DNA of 64,000 nucleotides, from the NCBI GenBank assembly GCA_002269645.1, contig NIVC01003808.1, forward strand, positions 1-64,000, in the 5' to 3' direction. This document shows positions 24,462 to 37,292 of this stretch, in pieces; the first letter of the stretch is position 1, and each line of letters begins with the position of its first letter. The stretch comes from Macrostomum lignano. Its lineage: Eukaryota. Under the pieces are notes generated by a model. It made no database searches. It saw only the letters and a list, made by a program, of their open reading frames with translations, and was not told the origin of the DNA. The position numbers and the translations under genes are program-made.

Positions 24462-25658
24462 TCACTTCTTCTTGGCGGTGAGACCTGCGCCAGCGTTGAA
24501 CTTGAAGAAGATAATATCCCCGTCCTGCACCACATAGTCCCTGCCCTTCTGCTTGTATTTGCCTTTGGCTTTCACCTCGCTCTCCGAGCCGCACTCTTTA
24601 TAATCTTCGAAGCTCATAACCTCGGCCATGATGAAGCCATTCTCCATGTCGGAGTGAATCTTGCCGGCAGCCTGAGGCGCTTTAGTATTTAGCGGAATTG
24701 TCCAAGCTTTCACTTCGTCTTTGCCGGCGGTAAAAAAGTACTGCAGCTGCAGAGCCTTGTAGCCGGTTGAGATGATTTTGCCCAGAGCCGAGCTCACCCC
24801 GTGCTCCTTAGAGAACTCAGCCCTCTGCTCATCGGTCATGTCCGCCCATTTAAACTCCAGCTCAGCGGACAGCGGGATCACTGCGGCTCCCGGATCGTGC
24901 TGGTCAATCCACTCCTTGATCTTTGGCAACCATTTGTTCTTCTTCCGAATGAAGTCCTTCTCGCTCAGGTTAACCAGGTACACGATTGGCTTAGCGGTGA
25001 TGAACAGGTGCTCGTTGAGCAAATCGATTTCTTTGTCATTCCACTGCTCGAACCGAAGCGACCGTTTCTCCTCGACAACGATCCGGTGCACCTTCTGGAA
25101 GGCTTCAAACAGCGCCGTTTTGGACTTGTCGCCGCCGCGGGTGACCACCTTCTCCAGCTTCTCAAACTCCTTCACAATGTAGGCCTCATCTTTCAGCCGG
25201 AGCTCCTCGGAGATGATTTCAAGATCGCGGATGGGATCTACTTCGCCTTCAATGTGGGTGACCTCCTGGCAGTCGAATGCGCGCACCATGTGGAACAGCG
25301 CGTCAACGCCGCGGATATTGCTAAGGAAAGCGTTGCCAAGGCCCTGGCCTTCGCTGGCGCCTTTAACTAGGCCTGCAATGTCCCAGACATTGAGATAGGC
25401 GGGCACCCTGCTGGCAGGCTTCCAGTGCTCGCACAGCCATTCCCACCTGTCGTCTGGCACAGCCACCCGGCTCTCGTGCGGATCAATAGTGCAAAATGGG
25501 AAATTCTCGGCCGGAGCCGAGCTCTTCGTCAGCACGTTGAAGAATGTACTTTTGCCAACGTTGGGCAGGCCGACAATGCCGATCTTGAGGTTGCTGCCCA
25601 TCCGGCCAATGATTGGCGGGTTTTTCGGCTCATCTGCTCCCTTCTTCTTTGGCGGCAT
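24462..25658 (-). CDS. OLA1: Obg-like ATPase 1 (YchF/OLA1), intronless CDS, 398 aa
   Basis: [16 protein letters not shown] (G1), NFPFCTIDP (G2), [17 protein letters not shown] (G3), YLVNLSE (OLA1-type G4), and TGS-domain C-terminus [15 protein letters not shown]...[11 protein letters not shown]. Confidence 0.97.
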   Translation of the reverse strand: MPPKKKGADEPKNPPIIGRMGSNLKIGIVGLPNVGKSTFFNVLTKSSAPAENFPFCTIDPHESRVAVPDDRWEWLCEHWKPASRVPAYLNVWDIAGLVKGASEGQGLGNAFLSNIRGVDALFHMVRAFDCQEVTHIEGEVDPIRDLEIISEELRLKDEAYIVKEFEKLEKVVTRGGDKSKTALFEAFQKVHRIVVEEKRSLRFEQWNDKEIDLLNEHLFITAKPIVYLVNLSEKDFIRKKNKWLPKIKEWIDQHDPGAAVIPLSAELEFKWADMTDEQRAEFSKEHGVSSALGKIISTGYKALQLQYFFTAGKDEVKAWTIPLNTKAPQAAGKIHSDMENGFIMAEVMSFEDYKECGSESEVKAKGKYKQKGRDYVVQDGDIIFFKFNAGAGLTAKKK

Positions 25659-25869
25659 TCTGCTGTATCAGGCAGATTTACTCTCGAGTTCTGGCTGGCT
25701 GTCTAGTCTGTCTCACTCGCTAACTCTGAACTGGACCTGCTGCTGCCTGACCTGCTTAGGCGCTGAAAAAGTTCAATCCGTACTTTTATTTTGTTGAATT
25801 CAATTTTAATGCTCTTAAGACTAAAATAGCAACGCAAAGCCAGTCGGAGAATATGGAAAGGTGGCAAAG

Positions 25870-26640
25870 AACCAGCAACTGAGGATCTGGGAGGCTGGCC
25901 CAGCAACTGAGAATCTGAGAGGCTGGCACAGCAACTGAGAATCTGGGAGGCTGGCACAGCAACTGACACTCTAGGAGGCTGGCCCAACAACTGGGGATCT
26001 GGGAGGCTGGCCCAGCATGTAAAGATCTGGGAGGCTGGCCCAGCATGTAAAGATCTGGGAGGCTGGCCCAGCATGTAAAGATCTGGGAGGCTGGCCCAGC
26101 ATGTAAAGATCTGGGAGGCTGGCCCAGCATGTAAAGATCTGGGAGGCTGGCCCAGCATGTAAAGATCTGGGAGGCTGGCCCAGCATGTAAAGATCTGGGA
26201 GGCTGGCCCAGCATGTAAAGATCTGGGAGGCTGGCCCAGCATGTAAAGATCTGGGAGGCTGGCCCAGCATGTAAAGATCTGGGAGGCTGGCCCAGCATGT
26301 AAAGATCTGGGAGGCTGGCCCAGCATGTAAAGATCTGGGAGGCTGGCCCAGCATGTAAAGATCTGGGAGGCTGGCCCAGCATGTAAAGATCTGGGAGGCT
26401 GGCCCAGCATGTAAAGATCTGGGAGGCTGGTCCAGCAACTGAGGATCTGGGAGGCTGGCCCAGAAACTGAGGATCTGGGAGGCTGGCCTAGCAACTGACA
26501 CTCTGGGAGGCTGGCCCAGCAACTGGGGATCTGGGAGGCTGGCCCAGCAACTAAGAATCTGGCCCAGCAACTGACACTCTGGGAGGCTGGCCCAGCAACT
26601 GGGAATCTGGCCCAGCAACTGAGGGGATCTGGGAGGCTGG
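25870..26640. repeat. 28-bp minisatellite GAGGCTGGCCCAGCA(TGTAAA/ACTGAG)GATCTGG
   Basis: Homogeneous central block of about 15 identical units. Confidence 0.95.
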
Positions 26641-27262
26641 CGGATTCTAATACTGTCACTCTGTCATGTCTATTCCTTTCAATCGTTAGATACAAAGCAG
26701 AAACTACGAGCAGAAATATTTGATTACAAACAGCAATTTTAATCAGACAGTTTATTATCCATTACACCAATTACTTGGATGATTCTTAGTTACAAAGATT
26801 ATGAAAGCTATGATAAGGTACCGGGTATATTAATGAAAGGAAGAGTAAGTATGTGATTACATCTAGCGACGCCTGCTGATAGGTGGACAGAGACAAAACA
26901 GGCGAATACAGCAAAACTATACTCAAAGAAACTAATTGTCTCAGAGCACCAAAGTGTCTCGGACGTCACCAATGTTTAAATTAATTTTGGCAACAATTTG
27001 ATTGGGAGTGAACAAATATAAAGCACACCCAAACATGGCTACTAATCTAGTAGTAAGCAGCGAGTTTAAAACACACATTAGAGAAAAAACTTGAATATTA
27101 CAAAGAAATGCCTTACAGAAGCAGTTTTGTGAATTTTGAATTTTTATAATTGAACGCATATGAATTGGGCTTCAACACACGGAAAACTTTGAGCAACAAT
27201 TTATCGAATAGAAACTGAACAGCAACAAGAGGAACGAGAACGCGCAGGCATCCGTATCGGGA

Positions 27263-30200
27263 TCAGGACCAATCTTCATCCGACAGCCAGTTCAATTGGA
27301 TGGCGTCCTGGCACAGGCTTGGCGGGTAGGTTTGGTATTGCAGCTCGCTTGATGGGTCCGCGTCTGCCAACGATCAATACTAATGAGCTAATAGCATGTC
27401 GCCTGGATGACACCATCCTGTTTCCTGTCTGCACCTGCTGCTTCCTGTCTGACACCATCCTGTTTCCTGTCTGCACCTTCTGCTTCCTGTCTGTCACCTG
27501 CTGTTTCCTGTCTGTCACCTGCTGTTTCCTGTCTGCCACCTGCTGTATCCTGTCTGCCTCCTGCTGTATCCTGTCTGCCTCCTGCTGTATCCTGTCTGTC
27601 ACCTGCTGTTTCCCGTCTGTCACCTGCTGTTTCCTGTCTGTCACCTGCTGTTTCCTGTCTGTCACCTGCTGTTTCCTGTCTGTCACCTGCTGTTTCCTGT
27701 CTGTCACCTGCTGTTTCCTGTCTGTCACCTGCTGTTTCCTGTCTGTCACCTGCTGTTTCCTGTCTGTCACCTGCTGTTTCCTGTCTGCCAGCTGCTGTTT
27801 CCTGTCTGCCTCCTGCTGTTCTGTCTTCCACTTGCTGTTTCCTGTCTACCATTATGCTTTTTCCTGTCTGCCACCTGCTGTTTCCTGTCTGTCACCTGCT
27901 ATTTCCTGTCTACCATTATGCTGTTTCCTGTCTGCCAGCTGCTGTTTCCTGTCTGCCTCCTGCTGTTCTGTCTTCCACTTGCTGTTTCCTGTCTACCATT
28001 ATGCTTTTTCCTGTCTGCCACCTGCTGTTTCCTGTCTGTCACCTGCTGTTTCCTGTCTACCATTATGCTGTTTCCTGTCTGCCAGCTGCTGTTTCCTGTC
28101 TGCCAGCTGCTGTTTCCTGTCTGCCATTATGCTGTTTCCTGTCTGTCACCTGCTGTTTCCTGTCTACCATTATGCTGTTCCCTGTCTGCCACCTGCTGTT
28201 CCCTGTCTGCCACCTGCTATTTCCTGTCTACCATTATGCTGTTTCCTGTCTACCATTATGCTGTTTCCTGTCTGCCAGCTGCTGTTTCCTGTCTGCCTCC
28301 TGCTGTTCTGTCTTCCACTTGCTGTTTCCTGTCTACCATTATGCTTTTTCCTGTCTGCCACCTGCTGTTTCCTGTCTGTCACCTGCTGTTTCCTGTCTAC
28401 CATTATGCTGTTTCCTGTCTGCCAGCTGCTGTTTCCTGTCTGCCAGCTGCTGTTTCCTGTCTGCCATTATGCTGTTTCCTGTCTGTCACCTGCTGTTTCC
28501 TGTCTACCATTATGCTGTTCCCTGTCTGCCACCTGCTGTTCCCTGTCTGCCACCTGCTGTTTCCTGTCTGCCTCCTGTAGTTTCCAATACATTCTAATTT
28601 TACGACTATCCTGATCCAACTGTTTCCACAGTGTAAATATACTTCAGGCAAATCATTACCGTCAGAGTAGAACGGCACCGAGGTCGACTTGAAATTGCCG
28701 CCGCCGCCGCCGCCGTCGTCGTACCTGGCCAGCAGCTGGCCGACTGTCGCCGTCTCGCAGCCGAACTCCGCCAGCCGGTGCCGCAGCTCGCCGCCAGCCT
28801 CAGCCTCGCCGCTGCAATCGTCCGGCACAAGCAGAAGAAATTCGCGGTGCCGGCAGCGCAGGCGGGTCTGCAATTCGGCGAGGCCGTCAACGCAGCCGAG
28901 CAGCCCGGCGCCGCCGGAGCCGCCTTCGCCAGGCAGCAGCGAGTCGACGGCCCAGCGGCTGGCCTCCAGCATCTCCAGACAGGCGGCCAGGCGCTGCCGC
29001 TCCGATTTGGCTTTCAACGAAGCGGCCGCGGATGCCCCGGCGGCTTCAGTCGCGGCATCTCGCAAACGGCGAAGGTCGCGAGCTCGAATCCCGATTGGCC
29101 AGCGGCTGTCGCGGCGGCCTGCGGCGGCTAACAGGCGGGTCAGGGTGTCCGGCTGGTAGCGCAGCGGGTCGCCAAGCAGCAGGCAGGGACCGCCGGTGAC
29201 GGGGAAAATTGGTTGGAGAGATGAGGCCAGCGATGAGGCTGAGCTGGAGGCTGGGGAAGTGGGAATAAACAATATGGATGTGGCAATCATAAATGTGTTC
29301 ATTATAGCTTAGTCTCAACTGGGAAGCTGGGAGGCTGGCCCAGCAACTGGGGATCTGGGAGGCTGGCCCAGCAACTGAGGATCTGGGAGGCTGGCCCAGC
29401 AACTGAGGATCTGGGAGGCTGGCCCAGCAACTGAGGATCTGGGAGGCTGGCCCAGCAACTGAGGGGAGCTGAGAGGCTGGCCCAGCAACTGAGGATCTGG
29501 GAGGCTGGCACAGCAACTGACACTCTGGGAGGCTGGCCTAGCAACTGACACTCTGGGAGGCTGGCCCAGCAACTGAGGGGAGCTGAGAGGCTGGCCCAGC
29601 AACTGAGGATCTGGGAGGCTGGCCCAGCAACTGAGGATCTGGGAGGCTGGCCCAGCAACTGAGGATCTGGGAGGCTGGCCCAGCAACTGAGGATCTGGGA
29701 GGCTGGCCCAGCAACTGAGGGGAGCTGAGAGGCTGGCCCAGCAACTGAGGATCTGGGAGGCTGGCACAGCAACTGACACTCTGGGAGGCTGGCCTAGCAA
29801 CTGACACTCTGGGAGGCTGGCCCAGCAACTGAGGGGAGCTGAGAGGCTGGCCCAGCAACTGAGGATCTGGGAGGCAGGCCCAGCAACTGACGCTTTGGGA
29901 GGCTGACCCTGAAATCGAAGATCTGGGAGGCTGGCCCAGCAACTGAGGATCTGGGAGGCTGGCCCAGCAACTGACACGCTGAGAGGCTGGCCCAGCAACT
30001 GAGGATCTGGGAGGCTGACCCTGAAACTGAGGATCTGGGAGGCTGGCCTAGCAACTAAGGATCAGGGAGGCTGGCCCAGCAACTGAGGATCAGGGAGGCT
30101 GGCCTAGCAACTAAGGATCAGGGAGGCTGGCCCAGCAACTGAGGATCTGGGAGGCTGGCCCAGCAACTGAGGATCAGGGAGGCTGGCCTAGCTACTGAGG

Positions 30201-33200
30201 ATCCCTATGAGCAGTCTCACCCGTAGCAGCGCAGGCAGCCGCCGCAGCCGCCCTGGCCTGCTCAAAAGCCAGAAATCGAACGTCGCGCCGTTTCCGAAGC
30301 TCCAGCAGGCCGGGCAGCTGCCAGGGCAACCTGTCCAGAGCGGAGGCGTGGGCGTACACCACGAGCTGCTGCTGCTGCTGCTGCTGCAGTTGCTGAATGC
30401 CATCCCGTCGGGGTCCACGGCACTGCAGCAGCAGGGAGGCGTGCAGCGGATCGCACTGCCGATGTCCGAGGCTGGTCAGGCGGCTGGCCAGATCTGCGCA
30501 CTCCGCACTGTCCGAGATGCCGACCACGTGGAAGAATGGCGGCGGTGGAGGAGGAGGCGGAGGCGGCGGCGGCACAATGGACTGCTGCTGTGGCTGCAGT
30601 AGCGCAGATAGCAGAGGAGTAGGATAGTACTAATTAGATGACGAGACATTTAGCCTTAATAATACAGTCATAGTTACTCCTGCTGTTTACCACAAAACTG
30701 CGTTAATTTTTGCTGAGGTTTCTTTTATAGGTAGGTCGCATTTTTGGTAAAAAAAAGTAAGTTTAAGTTCCATAGTTTCTGTAATCCATATCTCATTAGT
30801 AGTATTAAATAATTTTATAATTTTTGGGATTCTCGTGAGTTCACTTGAAAGGTCAAGGGTTCGATTCCTGATTCTACTCGAGAGTTCACCCAGCTGTAAA
30901 ATGGGTAACCAGCATTAGCTGGGGTAACTGAGGGTGTGAGTGGCGAACCCCCCAGTCCTTGGACTGAACAGCCGTACGCAGCCTTCAGATGCGACGATGC
31001 GCCACGCAATAGCTGCGGCTGAGCTGTAGGTTGCACATATGGCCCAATTGGGGCAGGTTTATCAATTATTAATATTATTATTTTGGACAGTCTTGGCCCA
31101 GCGGCTAGCAACTGACACTCTTCGAGGCTGGCCCAGCAACTGAGGATCTGGGAGGCTGACCCTGAAACTGAGGATCTGGGAGGCTGACCCTGAAACTGAG
31201 GATCTGGGAGGCTGACCCTGAAACTGAGGATCTGGGAGGCTGACCCTGAAACTGAGGATCTGGGAGGCTGACCCTGAAACTGAGGATCTGGGAGGCTGAC
31301 CCTGAAACTGAGGATCTGGGAGGCTGACCCTGAAACTGAGGATCTGGGAGGCTGACCCTGAAACTGAGGATCTGGGAGGCTGACCCTGAAACTGAGGATC
31401 TGGGAGGCTGGCTTAGCAACTAAGGATCAGGGAGGCTGGCTCAGCAACTGAGGATCAGGGAGGCTGGCCTAGCAACTAAGGATCAGGGAGGCTGGCCCAG
31501 CAATTGAGGATCAGGGAGGCTGGCCTAGTAACTAAGGATCAGGGAGGCTTAAATTTAAAATTCAAGACTGCTTATTAATTGTCAAACTTGAATAATCCGG
31601 ATTCTGCATTCTGCAACTATTGTGGTTCAGAAAAAGACTCAGCAGTGTTAAGGGTAGGGCAGAGAATTTATTGACTAGAAAAAAGGTTCAGACATACCGC
31701 ATGGCTGTAATAGGCGGCAAGGAAGCTGTGATCGATCGAGCCGGCTTGCCTAGCAACGGTTGCTAGGGCGGCGGACGCCCGCTGCTGCTGCTGCTGCTTA
31801 GCGACGGCCAGAGCGGCCAGCAGTCTGGTTTGCATCTGAGCGGACAGAGGCGGCGGCTGCTGCGGCTGAGACGGTGGCGCCTCATCGTCAAGGAAAGCAT
31901 CGGCCAGGCCAATCTTGTAGCTGCGGATCATCGCGTCCTGGCGTTCCCGATAGGTCAGCGCGGAGCCGCCCGCGGCCGGCTCAGCAGCGGCAGGCGGCGG
32001 CGGTGGCTGCTGCCGGGGCATTGCGAGCTGGGAATTATTGTGATGGAGATGAGGCGGTTCAGGCGACGGCCGGAGCCTGGGCGGCAAGCAGCCTGCAGCA
32101 GGGGGTAAGGAGATTGAAGCAGCTGGGAGCGTTGCGTGGGCACTGAAGGGCTTGCTAATCTAAGGGATAGAAATGAACTAACATGGATACATGTGGGCAG
32201 GTTATTAGGAAGACGCTGCTTATAGTAGTATTCGGGATTTCAGAACGCAAGTCTTCGTATAGGGGGTATTAAGAGATTTTTACTTAAAGTACCTTTACGA
32301 CTTTCGGTATTTACGTTGGGAGATTTTCGGAATCAGCTGTATTGCGGGGTTTTATGAATCAGCTGAATTGGGAGATTTTGGGAATTAGCTGAATTGGGAG
32401 ATTTTGGGAATCAGCTGAATTGGGAAATTTTGGGAATTAGCTGAATTCGGACTTTAGGAATTAGCTGAATTGGGGGACTTTGGGAATTAGCTGAATTGGG
32501 GGATTTTAGGTATGAGCTGAATTGGGAAATTTTTGGAATCAGCTAAAGTGGGAGATTTTGGGAAATTGTGTGAATTTGGGATATTTCGGGAATTAGCTTA
32601 ATTGGGGGATTTTGGGAATTAGGTGAATTGCACGAGGGGGGGTTCGGAATCAGCTGAATTATGAGATTTAGGAACAGTTGAGTTGGGAGATTTTGAGAAT
32701 CAGCTAAATAAGGTTTTTCCTTTAAAAATGAGTTAGTTTTTTAAATCAGAGCTGTGCCAACTCAGAACTCACACTTCTGCTGAGCAATGCTTCCAGCAGC
32801 GGCAGATTCGAAAAGAATATCGCTGGGCCACTGCAAACTGGGCGCCGGCGACAAAGGTCGACGCAGAACTTGCCGTTGACAGGCGGTCATCGTCCAGTCG
32901 GACAGACCCTTTGACAGACACCGGCTGGCCGAGAACCGCCTCGGTGGCAGTGGCGGCAGGGCTCCAATCGACGCCGCTGTCAAATTCGGCAAACAGCCGT
33001 CAGCGGCTCTTAGAAACCGGCGTGCAGTCGAGCGCAGTCGATGCCGCAGTCGACGAATTCGCCGACGAACAATCGAGCCAGACTTGGCGGCGCCGTCAAT
33101 CCCAGCGTCAACATCGTCGACTACATCGAACTTGTCAAAGCCGATGCTCACAGGACTGCCGACATTGCCGCCACCGCTGCCGCTGTTATCATCGCCGTCA

Positions 33201-36200
33201 AAATCGTCGTCGTCGCTTGTCAAAGACGCGGCCGCCGTCAGAGAGTCTGGATAGAGTTGGTTGATCGCCAACTGCTCGTTGCTAAGGACGCCACCGCCGC
33301 CCGCGTAGAAACCGTCCAGGTAGCGCAGTAGAGCGAAGCCGACGTTGCGAACGCTTCTTGAGCGACGCTTGGGGTCTGCGGTAAGGTCCGGAAATGTGGA
33401 CTGCCAGACTAGTGAAACATGGACTACCAGACTAGTGAAACATGGACTGCCAGACTAGTGAAACATGGATTGCAAGACTAGTGAAACATGGATTGCCAGA
33501 CTAGTGAAACATGGATTGCCAGACTAGTGAAACATGGATTGCCAGACTAGTGAAACATGGATTGCTAGACTAGGGAAATATGGATTGCTAGACTAGGGAA
33601 ATATGGATTGCTAGACTAGGGAAATATGGATTGCTAGACTAGGGAAATATGGATTGCTAGACTAGGGAAATATGGATTGCTAGACTAGGGAAATATGGAT
33701 TGCTAGACTAGGGAAATATGGATTGCTAGACTAGGGAAATATGGATTGCTAGACTAGGGAAATATGGATTGCTAGACTAGGGAAATATGGATTGCTAGAC
33801 TAGGGAAATATGGATTGCTAGACTAGGGAAATATGGATTGCTAGACTAGGGAAATATGGATTGCTAGACTAGGGAAATATGGATTGCTAGACTAGGGAAA
33901 TATGGATTGCTAGACTAGGGAAATATGGATTGCTAGACTAGGGAAATATGGATTGCTAGACTAGGGAAATATGGATTGCTAGACTAGGGAAATATGGATT
34001 GCTAGACTAGGGAAATATGGATTGCTAGACTAGGGAAATATGGATTGCTAGACTATTCAAACGACTATCAAAAGCTCGCCATACCGCCGCTATCCAACGT
34101 GCCCCGCTCCATCAGCCACTCGGTCAGGGCTGCCTGAGCGGTGCGGCCGAGCTGACGCCGCAGGTGTAGCGGCAGCGACTCCTCCAACAGGGCGGCGTTG
34201 GCCCGTCGTGTTAGTCGAGACGCCGCATCCACTGGCAGACGGCGAAGACGTCGACGTGGGGGAAAATGGCGAGACTGCTGAGAAGGCTGCGACTGGGATT
34301 CAGCTGGAATGGTGAGGTCAGCGTGGGTGAAAATTAAAGTGCAGATGCAGCAGCCGATTGACAATCCAACTATCAGAGTAGAGTGACAATCTGACTACAG
34401 AGTGACAATCTGACTATCAGAGTGACAATTTGACTATCAGAGTGACAATTCGACTACGAGAGTGACAATCTGACTATCAGAGTGACAATTTGACTATGAG
34501 AGTGACAATTTGACTATCAGAGTGACAATCTGACTATCAGAGTGACAATTTGACTATCAGTGACAATCTGACTATCAGAGTGACAATTCGACTATGAGAG
34601 TGACAATCTGACTATCAGAGTGACAATTTGACTATGAGAGTGACAATTTGACTATCAGAGTGACAATCTGACTATCAGAGTGACAATCTGACTATGAGAG
34701 TGACAATTCGACTATGAGAGTGACATCTGACTATCAGAGTGACAATTTGACTGTCAGAGTGACAATCTGACTATCAGAGTGACAATCTGACTATGAGAGT
34801 GACAATTTGACTATCAGAGTGACAATTTGACTATCAGAGTGACAATTTGACTATGAGAGTGCAGTTTGACTATCAGAGTGACAATCTGACTATCAGAGTG
34901 ACAATTTGACTATCAGAGTGACAATTTGACTATGAGAGTGACAATCCGACTATCAGAGTGACAATTCGACTATGAGAGTGACATCTGACTATCAGAGTGA
35001 GAATTTGACTATGAGAGTGACAATTTGACTGTCAGAGTGACAATCTGACTATCAGAGTGACAATCTGACTATCAGGACTAAAATCTGGTGAGTTTTAACT
35101 TCAATAGTATACACCTGGCGCATACCTGAGCAGTCGGCAGTGGACTGAGTATTATCCCGCAAAATGACGGCCAGATTCTGTTTAAAATCTGCCAGCGCCA
35201 ATTCAGCCTGGGATCTGTCACCGGAATCGGAAGCGATAGCAGCGCGACCCGAGCCGGCGGATTGGGCCAGGCCACGGCCAAGACGGCGAACTTCTGACAC
35301 CAGACTGGGCGACTTGGCGAGGCAGGTGGACAGCAGGCTGTCTGAAGAGGGTTAGGGTGATGCTGCAGATAAGCTTTCATGTGAGCAGTGAGGATCTGGG
35401 AGTGCGGCAGGTGGCCCAGCAACTGAGGATCTGGGAGTGCGGCAGGTGGCCCAGCAACTGAGGATCTGGGAGTGCGGCAGGTGGCCCAGCAACTGAGGAT
35501 CTGGGAGTGCGGCAGATGACCCAGCAACTGAGGATCTGGGAGTGCGGCAGCTGGCCCAGCAACCGAGGATCTGGGAGTGCGGCAAGTGGCCCAGCAACTG
35601 AGGATCTGGGAGTGCGGCAGATGACCCAGCAACTGAGGATCTGGGAGTGCGGCAGGTGACCCAGCAACTGAGGATCTGGGAGTGCGGCAGGTGGCCCAGC
35701 AACCCAGGATCTGGGAGTGCGGCAGGTGCTCAGCAACTGAGGATCTGGGAGTGCGGCAGGTGGCCCAGCAACTGAGGATCTGGGAGTGCGGCAGCTGGCT
35801 CAGCAACTGAGGATCTGGGAGTGCGGCAGGTGGCCCAGCAACTGAGGATCTGGGAGTGCGGCAGGTGACCCAGCAACTGAGGATCTGGGAGTGCGGCAGG
35901 TGGCCCAGCAACTGAGGATCTGGGAGTGTGGCAGCTGGCCCAGCAACTGAGGATCTGGGAGTGCGGCAGGTGACCCAGCAACTGAGGATCTGGGAGTGCG
36001 GCAGGTGGCCCAGCAACTGAGGATCTGGGAGTGTGGCAGCTGGCCCAGCAACTGAGGATCTGGGAGTGCGGCAGGTGGCCCAGCAACTGAGGATCTGGGA
36101 GTGCGGCAGGTGGCCCAGCAACTGAGGATCTGGGAGTGCGGCAGGTGGCCCAGCAACTGAGGATCTGGGAGTGCGGCAGGTGGCCCAGCAACTGAGGATC

Positions 36201-37292
36201 TGGGAGTGCGGCAGGTGACCCAGCAACTGAGGATCTGGGAGTGCGGCAGGTGGCCCAGCAACTGAGGATCTGGGAGTGTGGCAGCTGGCCCAGCAACTGA
36301 GGATCTGGGAGTGCGGCAGGTGACCCAGCAACTGAGGATCTGGGAGTGCGGCAGGTGGCCCAGCAACTGAGGATCTGGGAGTGTGGCAGCTGGCCCAGCA
36401 ACTGAGGATCTGGGAGGAATAAAAGTACTCAAAGTAGGCCACTCACCAACAGACGCAGGTAAGTCGATGCTGTCATCATCGGAGCCGCTGCTCACTTGAG
36501 CCTCCAAGTTGCACGCAGCGGTGAAGCGGTCGTCAATGAAGCTCTGCAGTTGGCTCACCGCTGTAGTTGGCGAAATTTCTGCATTGTTGAAAAAGTGAAA
36601 ATAAAGCAGTTGCAGCACCATTGTGTAGGAGAATCCATCTTAGATAAGTAGGGACCTGAGCGGAGTGAACTATAGCTCATTCGGTAAATATAGGGACCTG
36701 AGCGGAGTTAACTATTGCTCACTCGGTAAAAATAGGGACCTGAGCGGAGTACTGGCATAAATAGAACAATGCATTAAAACTACATATATTGAACACCTGC
36801 ATCTGTTCCATTGACTTCAGAAGCTTTATCAGCCGGTTTGCTGCTAGCAGATGCATTGGCAACAACAACAGCAGAAGCAGTATCAGAAGAGGCTGGCAAG
36901 CACCGCGTCAGAGCCACCTGAGTCTCCGATAGCAGACAATCTGCCAAATCGTCAAGCGATGAATCTCCATTTCCAGCATCCTCATTGCTGGCATTGTTAT
37001 TAAACTCCTCGGCGGCCTTGCAAACTTCATCAAGCTGCTTAGCTAGGCTAGCCAGATTCAGCTTAGCAATCTTGTCCACCGAGGCGCAAATGGCAGCTTC
37101 ACTGGGCTGCCCATCGCTAGATGACGGTGCCAGTTTCCGCTTCCGGTTGCCATTTCCCGTCTGGCTGGAACTGCCATCCAGGCCAGATTGGGTCAGCCGG
37201 TTCAAAAAGTTGGACACTTCATCGGCTGCTGTGGCCGAGGCTGCATCAACCTCGGGCATGTCCGGGCCATTGCCCAGCTTGGAGGTGAGCAT
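27263..37292 (-). CDS. 9-exon gene of about 1041 aa with a C-terminal TASOR/FAM208-like (PIN-like) domain and a low-complexity N-terminal part
   Basis: Exons 37292-36797, 36578-36447, 35341-35126, 34303-34085, 33375-32773, 32092-31698, 30593-30221, 29250-28660 and 27363-27263. All are GT-AG with concordant phases; total 3126 nt open. LTSLGHRQCDP...PWQLPGLLELRKRRDVRFLAF...IFPVTGG...SRWPIGIRARDLRRL...LAELQ...REFLLL...FGCETATVGQLL resembles the human TASOR C-terminal region as I recall it. The family call needs an HMM search, and the 5' end and last exon are less certain. Confidence 0.62.
27400..28580. repeat. 21-bp minisatellite CTGTTTCCTGTCTGTCACCTG with higher-order duplications
   Basis: Fills the last intron of the TASOR-like gene; source of the 396-431 aa C/S/L-rich artefact ORFs. 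Confidence 0.95.
29320..30200. repeat. 28-bp minisatellite GAGGATCTGGGAGGCTGGCCCAGCAACT
   Basis: About 30 units, intronic. Confidence 0.95.
30825..31083 (+). mobile_element. Probable tRNA-derived SINE (5'-degenerate)
   Basis: Pol III B-box GGTTCGATTCC at 30858-30868, then CACCCAGCTGTAAAATGGGTAACC resembling conserved SINE central domains (recalled, not searched), and an (ATT)n-like tail at about 31065-31083. No A-box or TSD seen. Confidence 0.55.
31100..31550. repeat. 28-bp minisatellite variant GAGGATCTGGGAGGCTGACCCTGAAACT
   Basis: About 16 units of the same family as 29320-30200. Confidence 0.94.
32330..32710. repeat. Degenerate ~25-bp repeat (GGGAATTAGCTGAATTGGG core)
   Basis: Intronic tandem units. 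Confidence 0.85.
33395..34055. repeat. 23-bp minisatellite GACTAGGGAAATATGGATTGCTA
   Basis: About 28 units, mostly identical, intronic. Confidence 0.96.
34375..35075. repeat. 20-bp minisatellite AGAGTGACAATTTGACTATC
   Basis: About 35 units, intronic. Confidence 0.95.
35385..36415. repeat. 35-bp minisatellite GAGGATCTGGGAGTGCGGCAGGTGGCCCAGCAACT
   Basis: About 29 units; a 7-nt-longer variant of the 28-bp family. Confidence 0.96.

Noticed and set aside
25703-26695. 330-aa ORF and similar LGQPPRS/DPQLLG ORFs at 29046-30054, 31105-31419 and 35078-36621
   Set aside because: Stop-free frames of the 28/35-bp minisatellite; only the embedded exon segments are credible.
27276-28614. Long ORFs of 431, 396 and 220 aa (C/S/L/P-rich)
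   Set aside because: Translations of the 21-bp intronic minisatellite, open in several frames and on both strands.
594-36415. Tandem arrays with small variable segments as CRISPR arrays
   Set aside because: Units are contiguous with no unique spacers, there are no cas genes, and the context is eukaryotic and intronic.
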